A stretch of 64,000 bases of DNA from Alphaproteobacteria bacterium (GCA_025210155.1 JAOASE010000003.1:11519-75518); one strand, 5' to 3'. Shown: positions 9,379 through 18,089, counted from the stretch's first letter. The notes: generated by a model not told the origin, from the sequence alone. Translations and numbers: made by a program.

Positions 9379-9987
9379 ATGCCTTATAACAATAACAGAC
9401 GCGGTCCATATAAAAGTAACAACCGCAGAAGAGCAAAAAGCAAAAAAGGTTTGATTTATAAAATAAACGAAAACCTAATAATGAAATGGTCAATATTATT
9501 ACTAGTTATCTTCCATTTCGCAATGAGCGCTATGTTTAGAGCAGAAAACTTAAACCAAGTATTTGGTCTATCGGCAATAGCTGAATTTGGAGTTCTATCT
9601 TTAAGAATATTCCAATCATTCTTATTCATTTTCTTACCATTAGTATTAATCAAATACTTCAAAGTTAGAAAAGCAAGAATAAGCTTAAGCTCAATAGCAA
9701 GAAAAGCAATATGCAAAAGAATTGGCCTAGCAGTATTATTAGGTCTAGCAATCACATTGCTATCATTCTTCTCACCAAACAACGGTGGAGAATTCTTAGT
9801 AAGAAGATATGTAGGAATTTTTGCTATACACTCAATCTATGTGTTCTTAATGATTTCAGCATTAACAGGAATTTGGAAAGGTTTCTCTTTCATCTTCGAC
9901 GCTGAAAAACAACAAAACAGAAGAAGAAATAACAACGGATATAATAAAAATAATAGACGTCCAAGAAGAAATTATTCTAAAAAATAA
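9379..9987 (+). CDS. Membrane protein with four TM helices and Arg/Asn-rich N- and C-terminal tails
   Basis: N-terminal NNRRGPYKSNNRRRAKSKK and C-terminal KQQNRRRNNNGYNKNNRRPRRNYSKK tails flank the hydrophobic helices. Strong SD AAGGAG. Terminator at 10017-10050. Confidence 0.5.
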   Translation: MPYNNNRRGPYKSNNRRRAKSKKGLIYKINENLIMKWSILLLVIFHFAMSAMFRAENLNQVFGLSAIAEFGVLSLRIFQSFLFIFLPLVLIKYFKVRKARISLSSIARKAICKRIGLAVLLGLAITLLSFFSPNNGGEFLVRRYVGIFAIHSIYVFLMISALTGIWKGFSFIFDAEKQQNRRRNNNGYNKNNRRPRRNYSKK

Positions 9988-10016
9988 TTTTAGTTTCTAC
10001 TGAGAAGTAATTACAA

Positions 10017-10050
10017 AGCCCTAAGTTTTCCTAGGGCTTTTTTGTTATTT
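10017..10050 (+). terminator. Intrinsic terminator (agcccta-loop-tagggct + T-run)
   Basis: Perfect 7-bp stem, 8-nt loop, TTTTTGTTATTTTT. Confidence 0.75.
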
Positions 10051-10337
10051 TTCTAAATAGCAATTAAGAGACAAACCGAAAGGTCCTCTAAACAAAAAAC
10101 AAATAAAATCAAGGCGTTTTAATCAAATTAAAACACAACCTATCGCAATTAAATAAATCAAAAAAAATAATATCACGAAAATCTTCGCAAATAAGTATTT
10201 AGGGTTTAACCGAGTATTTTGTGCGAAGGAAGGTAAAATAAATTTTAAATCGCAGGGAGTTTATAGTTAATAAATGACCAAGATTTAATAATTGTAATTT
10301 TGCCTTAAATTCGTGCAAAAGACGAAAGGTAAAAAAA

Positions 10338-11165
10338 ATGGCTAATACTATAGACCAATCATTCATAAAAAACTTCGAAGCAGAAGTTCACTTAGCATAC
10401 CAACAAACAGGTACAAAATTAAGATCAACAGTTAGAGTTAAAAACGACGTAATTGGATCAGCAACAGTATTCCAATCAGTAGGTCAAGGAACAGCATCTA
10501 CTAAAGAAAGAAACGGCTTAATCCCAGTGATGAACGCAACACACACACCAGTAGAATGTGATCTACAAGACTACTACGCAGGCGACTGGGTAGATAAACT
10601 AGATGAATTAAAAACAAACATCGACGAAAGAGCTGTTATCGCATCAGCAGGTGCATACGCTTTAGGTAGAAAAACAGATGAGCTAATCATCACAGAACTG
10701 TCTAAATCTACTCAAGAAGTTGTTGAAAATTCAGAAGGCTTAACAAAAGGCAAAATCATGAAAGCTATCGAAACATTAAACGCAAATAATGTTCCAGACG
10801 ATGGTCAAAGATATGCTGTTGTAGGCGTTCACCAATGGACTGAATTATTAAATATGCCAGAGTTCACTTCAGCAGATTACGTAGGTGATAACTATCCACT
10901 AGTTAACGGTGCAGAAGCAAGAAAATGGATGGGGGTAATTTGGATCTTACACACAGATTTGCCATTAAGCACAACAACAAGAGAATGCTTCATCTACCAC
11001 AAGAATGCAATCGGTCACGCAATCGGACAAGATGTAAAAACAGACATCAGCTGGCAAGGTGAAAGAGCTGCAAACTTTGTATCAAACTGCATGAGCCAAG
11101 GTTCAGTTCTTATCGACGCAAAAGGCGTAGTAAAAGTATCTTGCGACGACACAACATCAGTTTAA
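10338..11165 (+). CDS. Major capsid protein, T7 gp10-like (short form)
   Basis: The C-terminal GERAANF...GVVKVS resembles T7 gp10 ...ERARRANF...AVVFKV. Position between the scaffold and gp11-like genes. A strong terminator follows immediately, as Tφ follows gene 10 in T7. Confidence 0.6.
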   Translation: MANTIDQSFIKNFEAEVHLAYQQTGTKLRSTVRVKNDVIGSATVFQSVGQGTASTKERNGLIPVMNATHTPVECDLQDYYAGDWVDKLDELKTNIDERAVIASAGAYALGRKTDELIITELSKSTQEVVENSEGLTKGKIMKAIETLNANNVPDDGQRYAVVGVHQWTELLNMPEFTSADYVGDNYPLVNGAEARKWMGVIWILHTDLPLSTTTRECFIYHKNAIGHAIGQDVKTDISWQGERAANFVSNCMSQGSVLIDAKGVVKVSCDDTTSV

Positions 11166-11189
11166 AAACTGCTTGAGATATAGAATATA

Positions 11190-11216
11190 AGACCGTTTTC
11201 AAAGCGGTCTTTTTCT
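11190..11216 (+). terminator. Intrinsic terminator directly after the capsid gene (agaccg-ttttcaaag-cggtct + T)
   Basis: 6-bp stem plus T-run. Same position as T7 Tφ. Confidence 0.7.
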
Positions 11217-11374
11217 CATTTAAAGCATACATTTTGAATCAACACTTTAACTAATTTACAATATCCAAGTTGACTCAACACTTCAATTGAATCAATTAAT
11301 TAAGAATATAAGCCTAAGAATCGGAAAAGACTCAAACTTTAACCAATAAAATCACCAATTTACAGGAGAACAAA

Positions 11375-11953
11375 ATGCCATCATCTACAACAAAAATCGA
11401 TATTTGCTCAAAGGCCTTAATGAAGATAGGAGCAAGTCCAATCCAATCACTAGAAGAGAATACTTCAGAAAGCATTATCTCATCTCAATTTTATGACATA
11501 GTAAAAGAGAGTTTATTATCAGAACATGAATGGTCTTTCGCAACAAAAACACAGGAATTAAATATCCTGAATGTAGAGAGTGATCAAGAAGGATACGAGA
11601 ATGTTTTCCAATTACCACATGACCTAATAAGAGTGTTAAGCATAAGCTCTTCAGCAAATGGAATTTCTATAGACTATAAACTTTATCAAGATGAAATTCA
11701 TACCAACGCAGAGAAAGTTTATATCACATACATATATAGAGTCGGAGAAAAATACTTTCCTCAATTCTTTGTAAATTTAATGACTACTTCTTTAGCAAAA
11801 GAATTTGTTATGCCACTGACGGAAGATAACTCAAAATATAACTCATTAATGAACGAAAGTATAATGCTTTTATCAAAAGCTAAAAACCAAGATTCAGATC
11901 AAACAAAAATTAAAAAGATAAAAACATTTAGTTTAATTTCAAGCCGTAATTAA
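11375..11953 (+). CDS. Tail tubular protein A (adaptor), T7 gp11-like
   Basis: 192 aa (T7 gp11 is 196 aa). ICSKALMKIGASPIQSLEE...SEHEWSF resembles gp11 VNDILASIGEPPVSTLEG...SRGWTF. Confidence 0.7.
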   Translation: MPSSTTKIDICSKALMKIGASPIQSLEENTSESIISSQFYDIVKESLLSEHEWSFATKTQELNILNVESDQEGYENVFQLPHDLIRVLSISSSANGISIDYKLYQDEIHTNAEKVYITYIYRVGEKYFPQFFVNLMTTSLAKEFVMPLTEDNSKYNSLMNESIMLLSKAKNQDSDQTKIKKIKTFSLISSRN

Positions 11954-11981
11954 AAAATTAAATTAATAAAGGATACAATAT

Positions 11982-14063
11982 ATGCAAAAGTCATACACAA
12001 AAAGCAACAACTTCAGATTTGGAGAAGTGAATTATTCTGGCTTAGAGAACTTAGGATCCAAGTATAAAAACAATACATCTTTCCTTCAAAGAAATATGCA
12101 GGTAGAAGAAACTGGTCAAATCAAACGAAGACCTGGATTAAAGAAAATTTCAGACCTTGAAGAGAATGCTAAGATTATTTCTATGCAGACTAGCATAGAA
12201 GACAAATATATTTTAGCTATAGGAGAAAGTAAGATAAGAGTTTTCAAGGACGATAAGCTAATCTGTACAATATCAAAAAGCCCCTTTAAAAAAGAAATAC
12301 TTTCAAGTTTGCAATATATCTCTAAAGATAATAAAATTTTCGTTACCCACCCAGACATAGAAACAAAAGTCATAGTAAAAGAAAGCGATACTAATTGGAA
12401 AATTCAAAATATAGAATTTGATATAGATTCTTATACGGGTGAAAGTTTTGAGCCATTCGCATACTTTGAAGATATGCAAAATAAAGGTATAAAAGCAACT
12501 CCTATAATAATAGATCCAGAAGATTTAGATTGGGATCAAGAGGGCGCTGGTGAATGGGTTTTAAATCCAGATTGGATGGAGAGAAATGAACCAGCATATA
12601 CTTTCGTAGAGGACGAATCTACACCTCCCCCTCAAGTAGAAATAACATGCTCCGATATATATGATATATTCAATTTCGATTGCAAAAATATAAAAATGAG
12701 AATTGGAGATGGGGAATATCGAATTACCCACGTAGTAACAACAAGGAAGTTACTAGGAGAAATAATAAAGCTTCCTACTGATTTTAAAGAGAAAAATCCT
12801 TCAGTCTCAGAACAAGCCTTTTCAAAAAAGCGAGGTTGGATAAGAAGTATAAATTTCTATCAAAACAGAATGGTGGTAGGTGGATCAAAATCGCTTCCCA
12901 AAAGAATATGGATGTCTAAAACAGATAACTTCTTTAATTTTAATTTAGGATCAGCATACGATGGAGATGCTATAGAATTTGATATACTTTCCCAAAATGA
13001 AGAAACTATTCAAACAATATTTACAGGAAGACATCTTCAGGTTTTTACAAATAATGCTGAATGGATAGTAACAGGATTTCCTATCACACCAACTAGTATA
13101 CAATTGCAGAAACAAACAGAACTAGGTTCAAACCAAGACAACTATCTTAGCCCTCAGTTTATAGAAGGTTCTACAATTTTTATATCTAAGAACAAATCAG
13201 AAGTTTGCGAATTCTTCTTTGGAGAAATAGAGGAGCAATATCAAACAGAAAACCTAGTTAGCTTATCTAATCATTTATTAAATAAACCACTAGAAACATC
13301 TTACAATAAAAATGAAAAAATATACTTTATAGTAAACAACGATGGAAGCCTAGCCACATTGACCATGAGTAAAAATTATGGAGTTAGATCTTGGGGACTA
13401 TGGGAAACAAAAGGTTCATTTATCTCAGTGGAAAGTTTGAATGAAGAAACTTATGTGGTAGTAAGAAGAAACGACAAACCATATTTAGAAAAGTTTGATT
13501 TCACAGAATTAAATACCTATACAGATTGCGAGATTACCATATCCAGAGAGGATGATAAAAGAGATAATATATTTGAAATTATAGATTATCCAGAACTTTT
13601 AAAAATAAAGGACTTAAAAGAGCAAACTAATGCAATAATTTTAGCAATAGGAGACGGCGAATTCCTAGGAGAACCTATCATAGAGAATGATGCTATAAAA
13701 CTTCAAAAACCAGTTAACAATCTAAGATTAGGAATAGCATATAGGCATATCCTTGCTCCATCACCAGAGATGATAGAATTTAAAAAGATAAGATTGCTGG
13801 AAGTTTCTTTCAGATTATCAGAAAGTAAAAACCTTTCAATAGATACTGGGCAAGGAATAAAGAATATATCATTAAAAGAATACGATAATTCAGAAACATT
13901 CCTTTCTTCAGAAAATATAAAAGGAACTTTCTCAGGGGATATAAATATAAAATCATTCGGATGGAAAAAAGCAGGAAGCCAAATACTTTGGAAAATAGAT
14001 GATTATTATCCAAACAATTTCAAGGTAATTTCATCACTCTCAAAATTTATTGTAAATAAATAA
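11982..14063 (+). CDS. Tail tubular protein B (nozzle), T7 gp12-like
   Basis: 693 aa. N-terminal ETGQIKRRPGLKKISDL...KIRVFKDDK resembles gp12 ETEGLQKRPPLVFLNTL...GIRVFDLSGNEK. Internal FYQNRMVVGGS...NFFNFNLGS resembles gp12 FFRNRLGFLSG...KYFNFYPAS. Confidence 0.7.
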   Translation: MQKSYTKSNNFRFGEVNYSGLENLGSKYKNNTSFLQRNMQVEETGQIKRRPGLKKISDLEENAKIISMQTSIEDKYILAIGESKIRVFKDDKLICTISKSPFKKEILSSLQYISKDNKIFVTHPDIETKVIVKESDTNWKIQNIEFDIDSYTGESFEPFAYFEDMQNKGIKATPIIIDPEDLDWDQEGAGEWVLNPDWMERNEPAYTFVEDESTPPPQVEITCSDIYDIFNFDCKNIKMRIGDGEYRITHVVTTRKLLGEIIKLPTDFKEKNPSVSEQAFSKKRGWIRSINFYQNRMVVGGSKSLPKRIWMSKTDNFFNFNLGSAYDGDAIEFDILSQNEETIQTIFTGRHLQVFTNNAEWIVTGFPITPTSIQLQKQTELGSNQDNYLSPQFIEGSTIFISKNKSEVCEFFFGEIEEQYQTENLVSLSNHLLNKPLETSYNKNEKIYFIVNNDGSLATLTMSKNYGVRSWGLWETKGSFISVESLNEETYVVVRRNDKPYLEKFDFTELNTYTDCEITISREDDKRDNIFEIIDYPELLKIKDLKEQTNAIILAIGDGEFLGEPIIENDAIKLQKPVNNLRLGIAYRHILAPSPEMIEFKKIRLLEVSFRLSESKNLSIDTGQGIKNISLKEYDNSETFLSSENIKGTFSGDINIKSFGWKKAGSQILWKIDDYYPNNFKVISSLSKFIVNK

Positions 14064-14150
14064 TATTAACTATTGATTTAAACTTTCATATGAGTAAACT
14101 ACGATGAGTTATTTTATATAACTAAATTTAAATATGAAGGAGAAATCATA

Positions 14151-14429
14151 ATGAAAAAAGTATTACTTACAGCTATTATAGCTTTAACAGCATCATGTGC
14201 TACAAGACCTCACCAAGTTACTAACGTTAAAGTAGCTCCAAGTGAATTAAAAGTTGGAAAATCTTGTGAAGATAGATTTTTACACATGTTCCCAATGGGT
14301 TCAAAAAATGGAAACTCAATTCTTAGAGCTAAAGAAAGTGCTGGTATTACACAAATTATGAGTGTCGATGTAGAAGGTAGAAACTGGATCTTAGGTTCAA
14401 CTGAATGTACTATCGTTACAGGTAAATAG
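14151..14429 (+). CDS. Small lipoprotein (signal peptide plus lipobox LTASC)
   Basis: MKKVLLTAIIALTASC. Strong SD AAGGAGAAATCATAATG. Own terminator hairpin at about 14445-14480. Confidence 0.5.
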   Translation: MKKVLLTAIIALTASCATRPHQVTNVKVAPSELKVGKSCEDRFLHMFPMGSKNGNSILRAKESAGITQIMSVDVEGRNWILGSTECTIVTGK

Positions 14430-14516
14430 TTTACAAAACTAAAGAATTAAAATTACAGTCGGAAATATCCGGCTGTTTTTTTTATACAATAATCAATCAC
14501 AAAAGGAGAGATAAAG

Positions 14517-14993
14517 ATGATATCACTAATATCTAGTGTCAACTCACTAGGATCTGATCTAATTTCAGGGAGCAGTTCAAAGGACGAAAGCCGATTGGCT
14601 AGAGAAAGAGCAAAAGAAGAAAGCAAAATAAATAAAGAAATAGCAGAAGTTAATAAGTACTATTCTGATTTAGAAAGTAGAAATCTTTTAGAAGAAAATC
14701 TAAGCAATATTTCAGCAAACTACGGAGCTTATAATATGAGTTCTACAGAAGGTTCTGCAAAAGCCGCAAAGAATAGAGCCGTTAGAGATTACAATAATGA
14801 CACAGCTCAAAGGCAAAAGCTATTTGATCTAAATATGGAAAAAGCAGACAAACAACTTCAATTTGATACAGAGGCAAATCTATTAGAATATGATAAAAAT
14901 TCTAAAAGAAATAGCCTTAACAATTTCGAAAATATATTAAAAGAAATCGAAAGCCACGACGAAACTCTAAGATCTCAAAGATATAGAACATAA
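14517..14993 (+). CDS. Hypothetical coiled-coil protein (phage module)
   Basis: SD AAAGGAGAGATAAAGATG. No recognisable motif. Confidence 0.4.
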   Translation: MISLISSVNSLGSDLISGSSSKDESRLARERAKEESKINKEIAEVNKYYSDLESRNLLEENLSNISANYGAYNMSSTEGSAKAAKNRAVRDYNNDTAQRQKLFDLNMEKADKQLQFDTEANLLEYDKNSKRNSLNNFENILKEIESHDETLRSQRYRT

Positions 14994-15005
14994 AGGAGAG
15001 AAAGT

Positions 15006-15719
15006 ATGATAACTAACAAATCAGTCCTAATAACATACCTAGCAAATGGAACTTCAAAACAATTTTCATTCCCATTTAAAATATATTCAGCAGATGAATT
15101 AAAAGTGTCCATAAATGGAAAAGAAATACAAACTACATTCATTATAGAATATCACGAAGATGTAGAAGGTGGAATGATAACATTTGAAACAGCTCCAGTT
15201 ACAAATTCAGAAGTCTCAATCAAGAGAGTTCTAGATATTACGAGAAAGCACGACTTTCAATCAGGTGGAAGCTTCAGAGCTGAAGACATAAATCAAGAAC
15301 TAGACTACCAAACTCTGTGCCTTCAACAAGTTAATTACGAACTTGGGAATGCAATGAAATTTGGATCAGATGTCGAAGATCAAGATATAGACTTAACTGT
15401 TCCAGAACCAAAAGCGGGTTGTATGATGGTTTGGAACAAAACAGAAAATGGACTAGAACTAAGAAACGCTGACCTAATAATAGAAGCAAGCAATGAAGCT
15501 CATGACTATGCAACTATCTGCCAAGATATGTACGATGCAATGTCTACATTATTAGGAACTTCAGAGACAGCGGGTTTAGCAGGAAAAATCCAAGACATAT
15601 TAACTTTCTTAAATAATAAATTCCCAGAAGACTTTGATGATAATGGTGAGATAAAAGATAGCTCATTAGTATCTAATGACTTAGGAGAAATCACAGAAGG
15701 CGATAATGGCGGAATTTAA
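15006..15719 (+). CDS. Tail fibre protein, N-terminal (tail-attachment) domain only, T7 gp17-like
   Basis: MITNKSVLITYLANGTSKQFSFPFKIYSADELKVSING...VSIKRVLDITRKHDFQSGGSFRAEDINQ parallels T7 gp17 MANVIKTVLTYQLDGSNRDFNIPFEYLARKFVVVTLIG...IELRRVTSTTDRLVDFTDGSILRAYDLN. The protein is 237 aa against 553 aa for gp17. Confidence 0.7.
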   Translation: MITNKSVLITYLANGTSKQFSFPFKIYSADELKVSINGKEIQTTFIIEYHEDVEGGMITFETAPVTNSEVSIKRVLDITRKHDFQSGGSFRAEDINQELDYQTLCLQQVNYELGNAMKFGSDVEDQDIDLTVPEPKAGCMMVWNKTENGLELRNADLIIEASNEAHDYATICQDMYDAMSTLLGTSETAGLAGKIQDILTFLNNKFPEDFDDNGEIKDSSLVSNDLGEITEGDNGGI

Positions 15720-16347
15720 AGATGAAAAAAATTTAAAAGAAAATATAGAAAAAATAACATTTTTAGATTTCATAGAATTATGGAATCAAGATCAGGAGCA
15801 AACAACTCCTGCCCACCATAAAAAGATTGCACGGTGGTTAGAAAAATTATGGCTTGAAGAAAAGTCAGACAGAAGAGGGGTTTTAATGTCCTTCAGAGGG
15901 TCAGGTAAATCTACCATAGTAGGTTTATTCTGCTGTTGGCTACTTTATCAAAACCCAAATCTAAGAATATTGGTAATATCAGCAGAAGAACGCCTAGCTG
16001 GTAAAATGAGCAAAAATGTCAAAGCCATAATAGAAAGACATGCGCTGCTTTCACATCTTATACCAAAGAAAAAGGGAGGGCGATGGGCAAGCAAAGAATT
16101 CACCATAGAAAGGTTCAAAGAAATGAGAGACCCTTCAATGCTTGCCATAGGACTTTCAGGAAACGCAACGGGATCTAGAGCCGATATAATAATATGTGAC
16201 GATGTCGAAGTCCCAAATACTTGCGATACTGAATTGAAAAGAGAAGAGTTAAGAGAGAGATTGGCAGAGTTAGAATTTATAATAACGCCAAAAGGAATGA
16301 TTCTATATGTGGGTACTCCCCATACAGAAAATAGTATTTATTATTAA
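15706..16347 (+). CDS. Terminase large subunit, ATPase domain (T7 gp19-like), N-terminal ORF of a split gene
   Basis: Walker A FRGSGKST and Walker B IIICDDVEV. LRILVISAEER, TGSRADIIICDDVEVPNT and LYVGTPHTE match T7 gp19 LKILIVSASKER, TGSRADIIIADDVEIPSN and IYLGTPQTE. Ends with TAA at 16345-16347. Confidence 0.85.
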   Translation: MAEFKDEKNLKENIEKITFLDFIELWNQDQEQTTPAHHKKIARWLEKLWLEEKSDRRGVLMSFRGSGKSTIVGLFCCWLLYQNPNLRILVISAEERLAGKMSKNVKAIIERHALLSHLIPKKKGGRWASKEFTIERFKEMRDPSMLAIGLSGNATGSRADIIICDDVEVPNTCDTELKREELRERLAELEFIITPKGMILYVGTPHTENSIYY

Positions 16348-16681
16348 AAAAAGAATCAGTAAAAGGGAAATATTCATTTTTGGACAAAAAAATATGTCAA
16401 GAAAGTTCTAAGAAAAAACAGTGGCTTACAACTTAAAAATAAGAAAAATGAAAAAAATGTCAAAAAATAGTTGACAAAATAAAATGAAAGTTCTAAACTA
16501 AACTTACTTTCGGAGATCTCCCTACTTATTTCTCTCTCCTCTTTAAGAAGACTCCGAAAGTTCTTTTTAATCCTCGGAGTTTCCTTTATATATCCTTTCC
16601 TCCTTTTTTTAAGAGCTCCGAGGTTTATTTAAAATGCGCCGCAAGGCGTTTTTTTATTGTCTAAAATCCAGGGGAGAATAA
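16348..16681 (+). other. 334-bp non-coding insertion splitting the terminase gene; carries two ~64-bp tandem hairpin repeats, a TTGACA-N17-TAAACT promoter-like site and a GCAA-tetraloop terminator
   Basis: Hairpin A 16506-16561 (actttcggag / ctccgaaagt, 10 bp, 36-nt CU-rich loop). Hairpin B 16572-16623 (cctcggag / ctccgagg, 8 bp, CU-rich loop). Units A and B align as direct repeats. 'gaaagttct' occurs three times. Terminator 16636-16657 (cgcc-gcaa-ggcg + T7). Then the SD GGGGAGAATAAATG. Confidence 0.6.
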
Positions 16682-17551
16682 ATGCAAAAGATTTACAACA
16701 AAACAATAGATAACGAATTAAAACCTAAAGAAGAAGAAACAGAAAAGCTTCTATCAGGATATAAAAGATTAAAAATTCCTTTGTTATCAGAGGCTGGAAG
16801 ATCAGCTTGGTCAAAAAGATTTCCTCTGAAAAGAATTAAAGAACTTCGTAAACGAGTAGGGGAAAAGAAATTCCAAGCTCAAATGCAATTACAACCAGTA
16901 AACTTAACAGATCCATTTTTCGATATAAATGATTTCAAAACATATGACATATGCTTTTCAAAAACAGAGCAAAACTTCCGATCAGTCTATAAAATTAATA
17001 ATGAAAAAGTCGTCCAGGCCTCATCCTATTGGGATCCATCTTCATGTGGAAGAAAAAGAGACGGTTCAGTTCTAGTCATAGCATTCAAAGATAACAAAGA
17101 CAGAATATACATAGAAAAAATCATATACTTAAACTCAATTATCAAAAGAGGCGAGGAAGGAATAACGAAACAAATAGAAGAAGTTATTTCTATATTAAAA
17201 AAATACGATATAGGAATAATTCACATAGAAACAAATGGTATAGGGAAATTTATCCCAGAATTAATAAACAAGGAAATTCGCCGACTACGACTAAAAATAG
17301 AAGTCTCAGAAATTTATAATCATAACAGCAAGAGTATAAGAATTATGGAAGGAATAGAACCTCTAGTTTCAGCAGAAATAATAAGCTTTAATAAAACAAT
17401 ATTTTCTAAGGCAAATCAGTTCATAAATGAAATTAAAAATTGGCGACCAAACATAGACGGAAAAGATGATGGATTGGATGCCGTTTCAGGCATAACATTA
17501 AATAGGTTTAAGAATATAATTCCATCACCATCAATTATGAAATTTTATTAA
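16682..17551 (+). CDS. Terminase large subunit, nuclease (C-terminal) part, T7 gp19-like
   Basis: RIKELRKRVGEKKFQAQMQLQPVNLTD matches T7 gp19 [28 protein letters not shown]. An in-frame TAA lies immediately upstream of the ATG. Confidence 0.75.
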   Translation: MQKIYNKTIDNELKPKEEETEKLLSGYKRLKIPLLSEAGRSAWSKRFPLKRIKELRKRVGEKKFQAQMQLQPVNLTDPFFDINDFKTYDICFSKTEQNFRSVYKINNEKVVQASSYWDPSSCGRKRDGSVLVIAFKDNKDRIYIEKIIYLNSIIKRGEEGITKQIEEVISILKKYDIGIIHIETNGIGKFIPELINKEIRRLRLKIEVSEIYNHNSKSIRIMEGIEPLVSAEIISFNKTIFSKANQFINEIKNWRPNIDGKDDGLDAVSGITLNRFKNIIPSPSIMKFY

Positions 17552-17630
17552 AACTTTTTACTTTTATAAATATATGATTTTTGTTATAATAAAGCCAAAA
17601 TATACTAATAATTTTAAAAGGAGTTAGATT

Positions 17631-18077
17631 ATGACAAAATTCAATCAAAGAGGTAGAAGTATTGTAGAAGTTATCGGTGTTCTAGCAATAGCTTCAATCG
17701 GTATCGCTCTTGCAATGAGAACTTATCAAAAGAATGATGCAAAAGTAAAAATTACAAAGACTATGTATAATATTTCAGAATTAACAGATAGTATTAAAAC
17801 TATATACTGGGGAAGAAACAGCTATAGTGGAATAAATGTTACTCGTCTAGAAAATAAAGGTGTGGATCCTAAATTCTTAAGAGATGCATATGGTACAAGT
17901 TTAGTAATAGGTTCTCAATCTCCATTTAGTTCATATACAATCCAAATTGTAAATATTGAAGATCAAGAAGATTGCTATAAATTTGCTGCTAAAAAACTAG
18001 AAGGTATGGATGAAGCTGAAACGACAGATACATGCTCATCTACATCTAATAAAACAGTTACTTTCACTTTTAATTAA
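17631..18077 (+). CDS. Type IV pilin-like protein (prepilin-type N-terminal domain), tandem paralog 1
   Basis: N-terminus MTKFNQRG|RSIVEVIGVLAIASIGIALA: a Gly followed by Glu at +5 and a hydrophobic helix, as in class III signal peptides (KGFTLIELMIVVAII...). SD AAAGGAG. Confidence 0.55.
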   Translation: MTKFNQRGRSIVEVIGVLAIASIGIALAMRTYQKNDAKVKITKTMYNISELTDSIKTIYWGRNSYSGINVTRLENKGVDPKFLRDAYGTSLVIGSQSPFSSYTIQIVNIEDQEDCYKFAAKKLEGMDEAETTDTCSSTSNKTVTFTFN

Positions 18078-18089
18078 GGAATTTATAAG

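Noticed and set aside
16348-16681. Programmed translational bypassing (T4 gene 60-type hop), or a group II intron, as the explanation for the terminase split.
   Set aside because: The gap is 334 nt. A group II intron needs at least ~600 nt plus usually an RT ORF, and T4-type hops are ~50 nt. Neither fits. A small group I intron or a split-gene arrangement remains open and is reported as a finding, not rejected.
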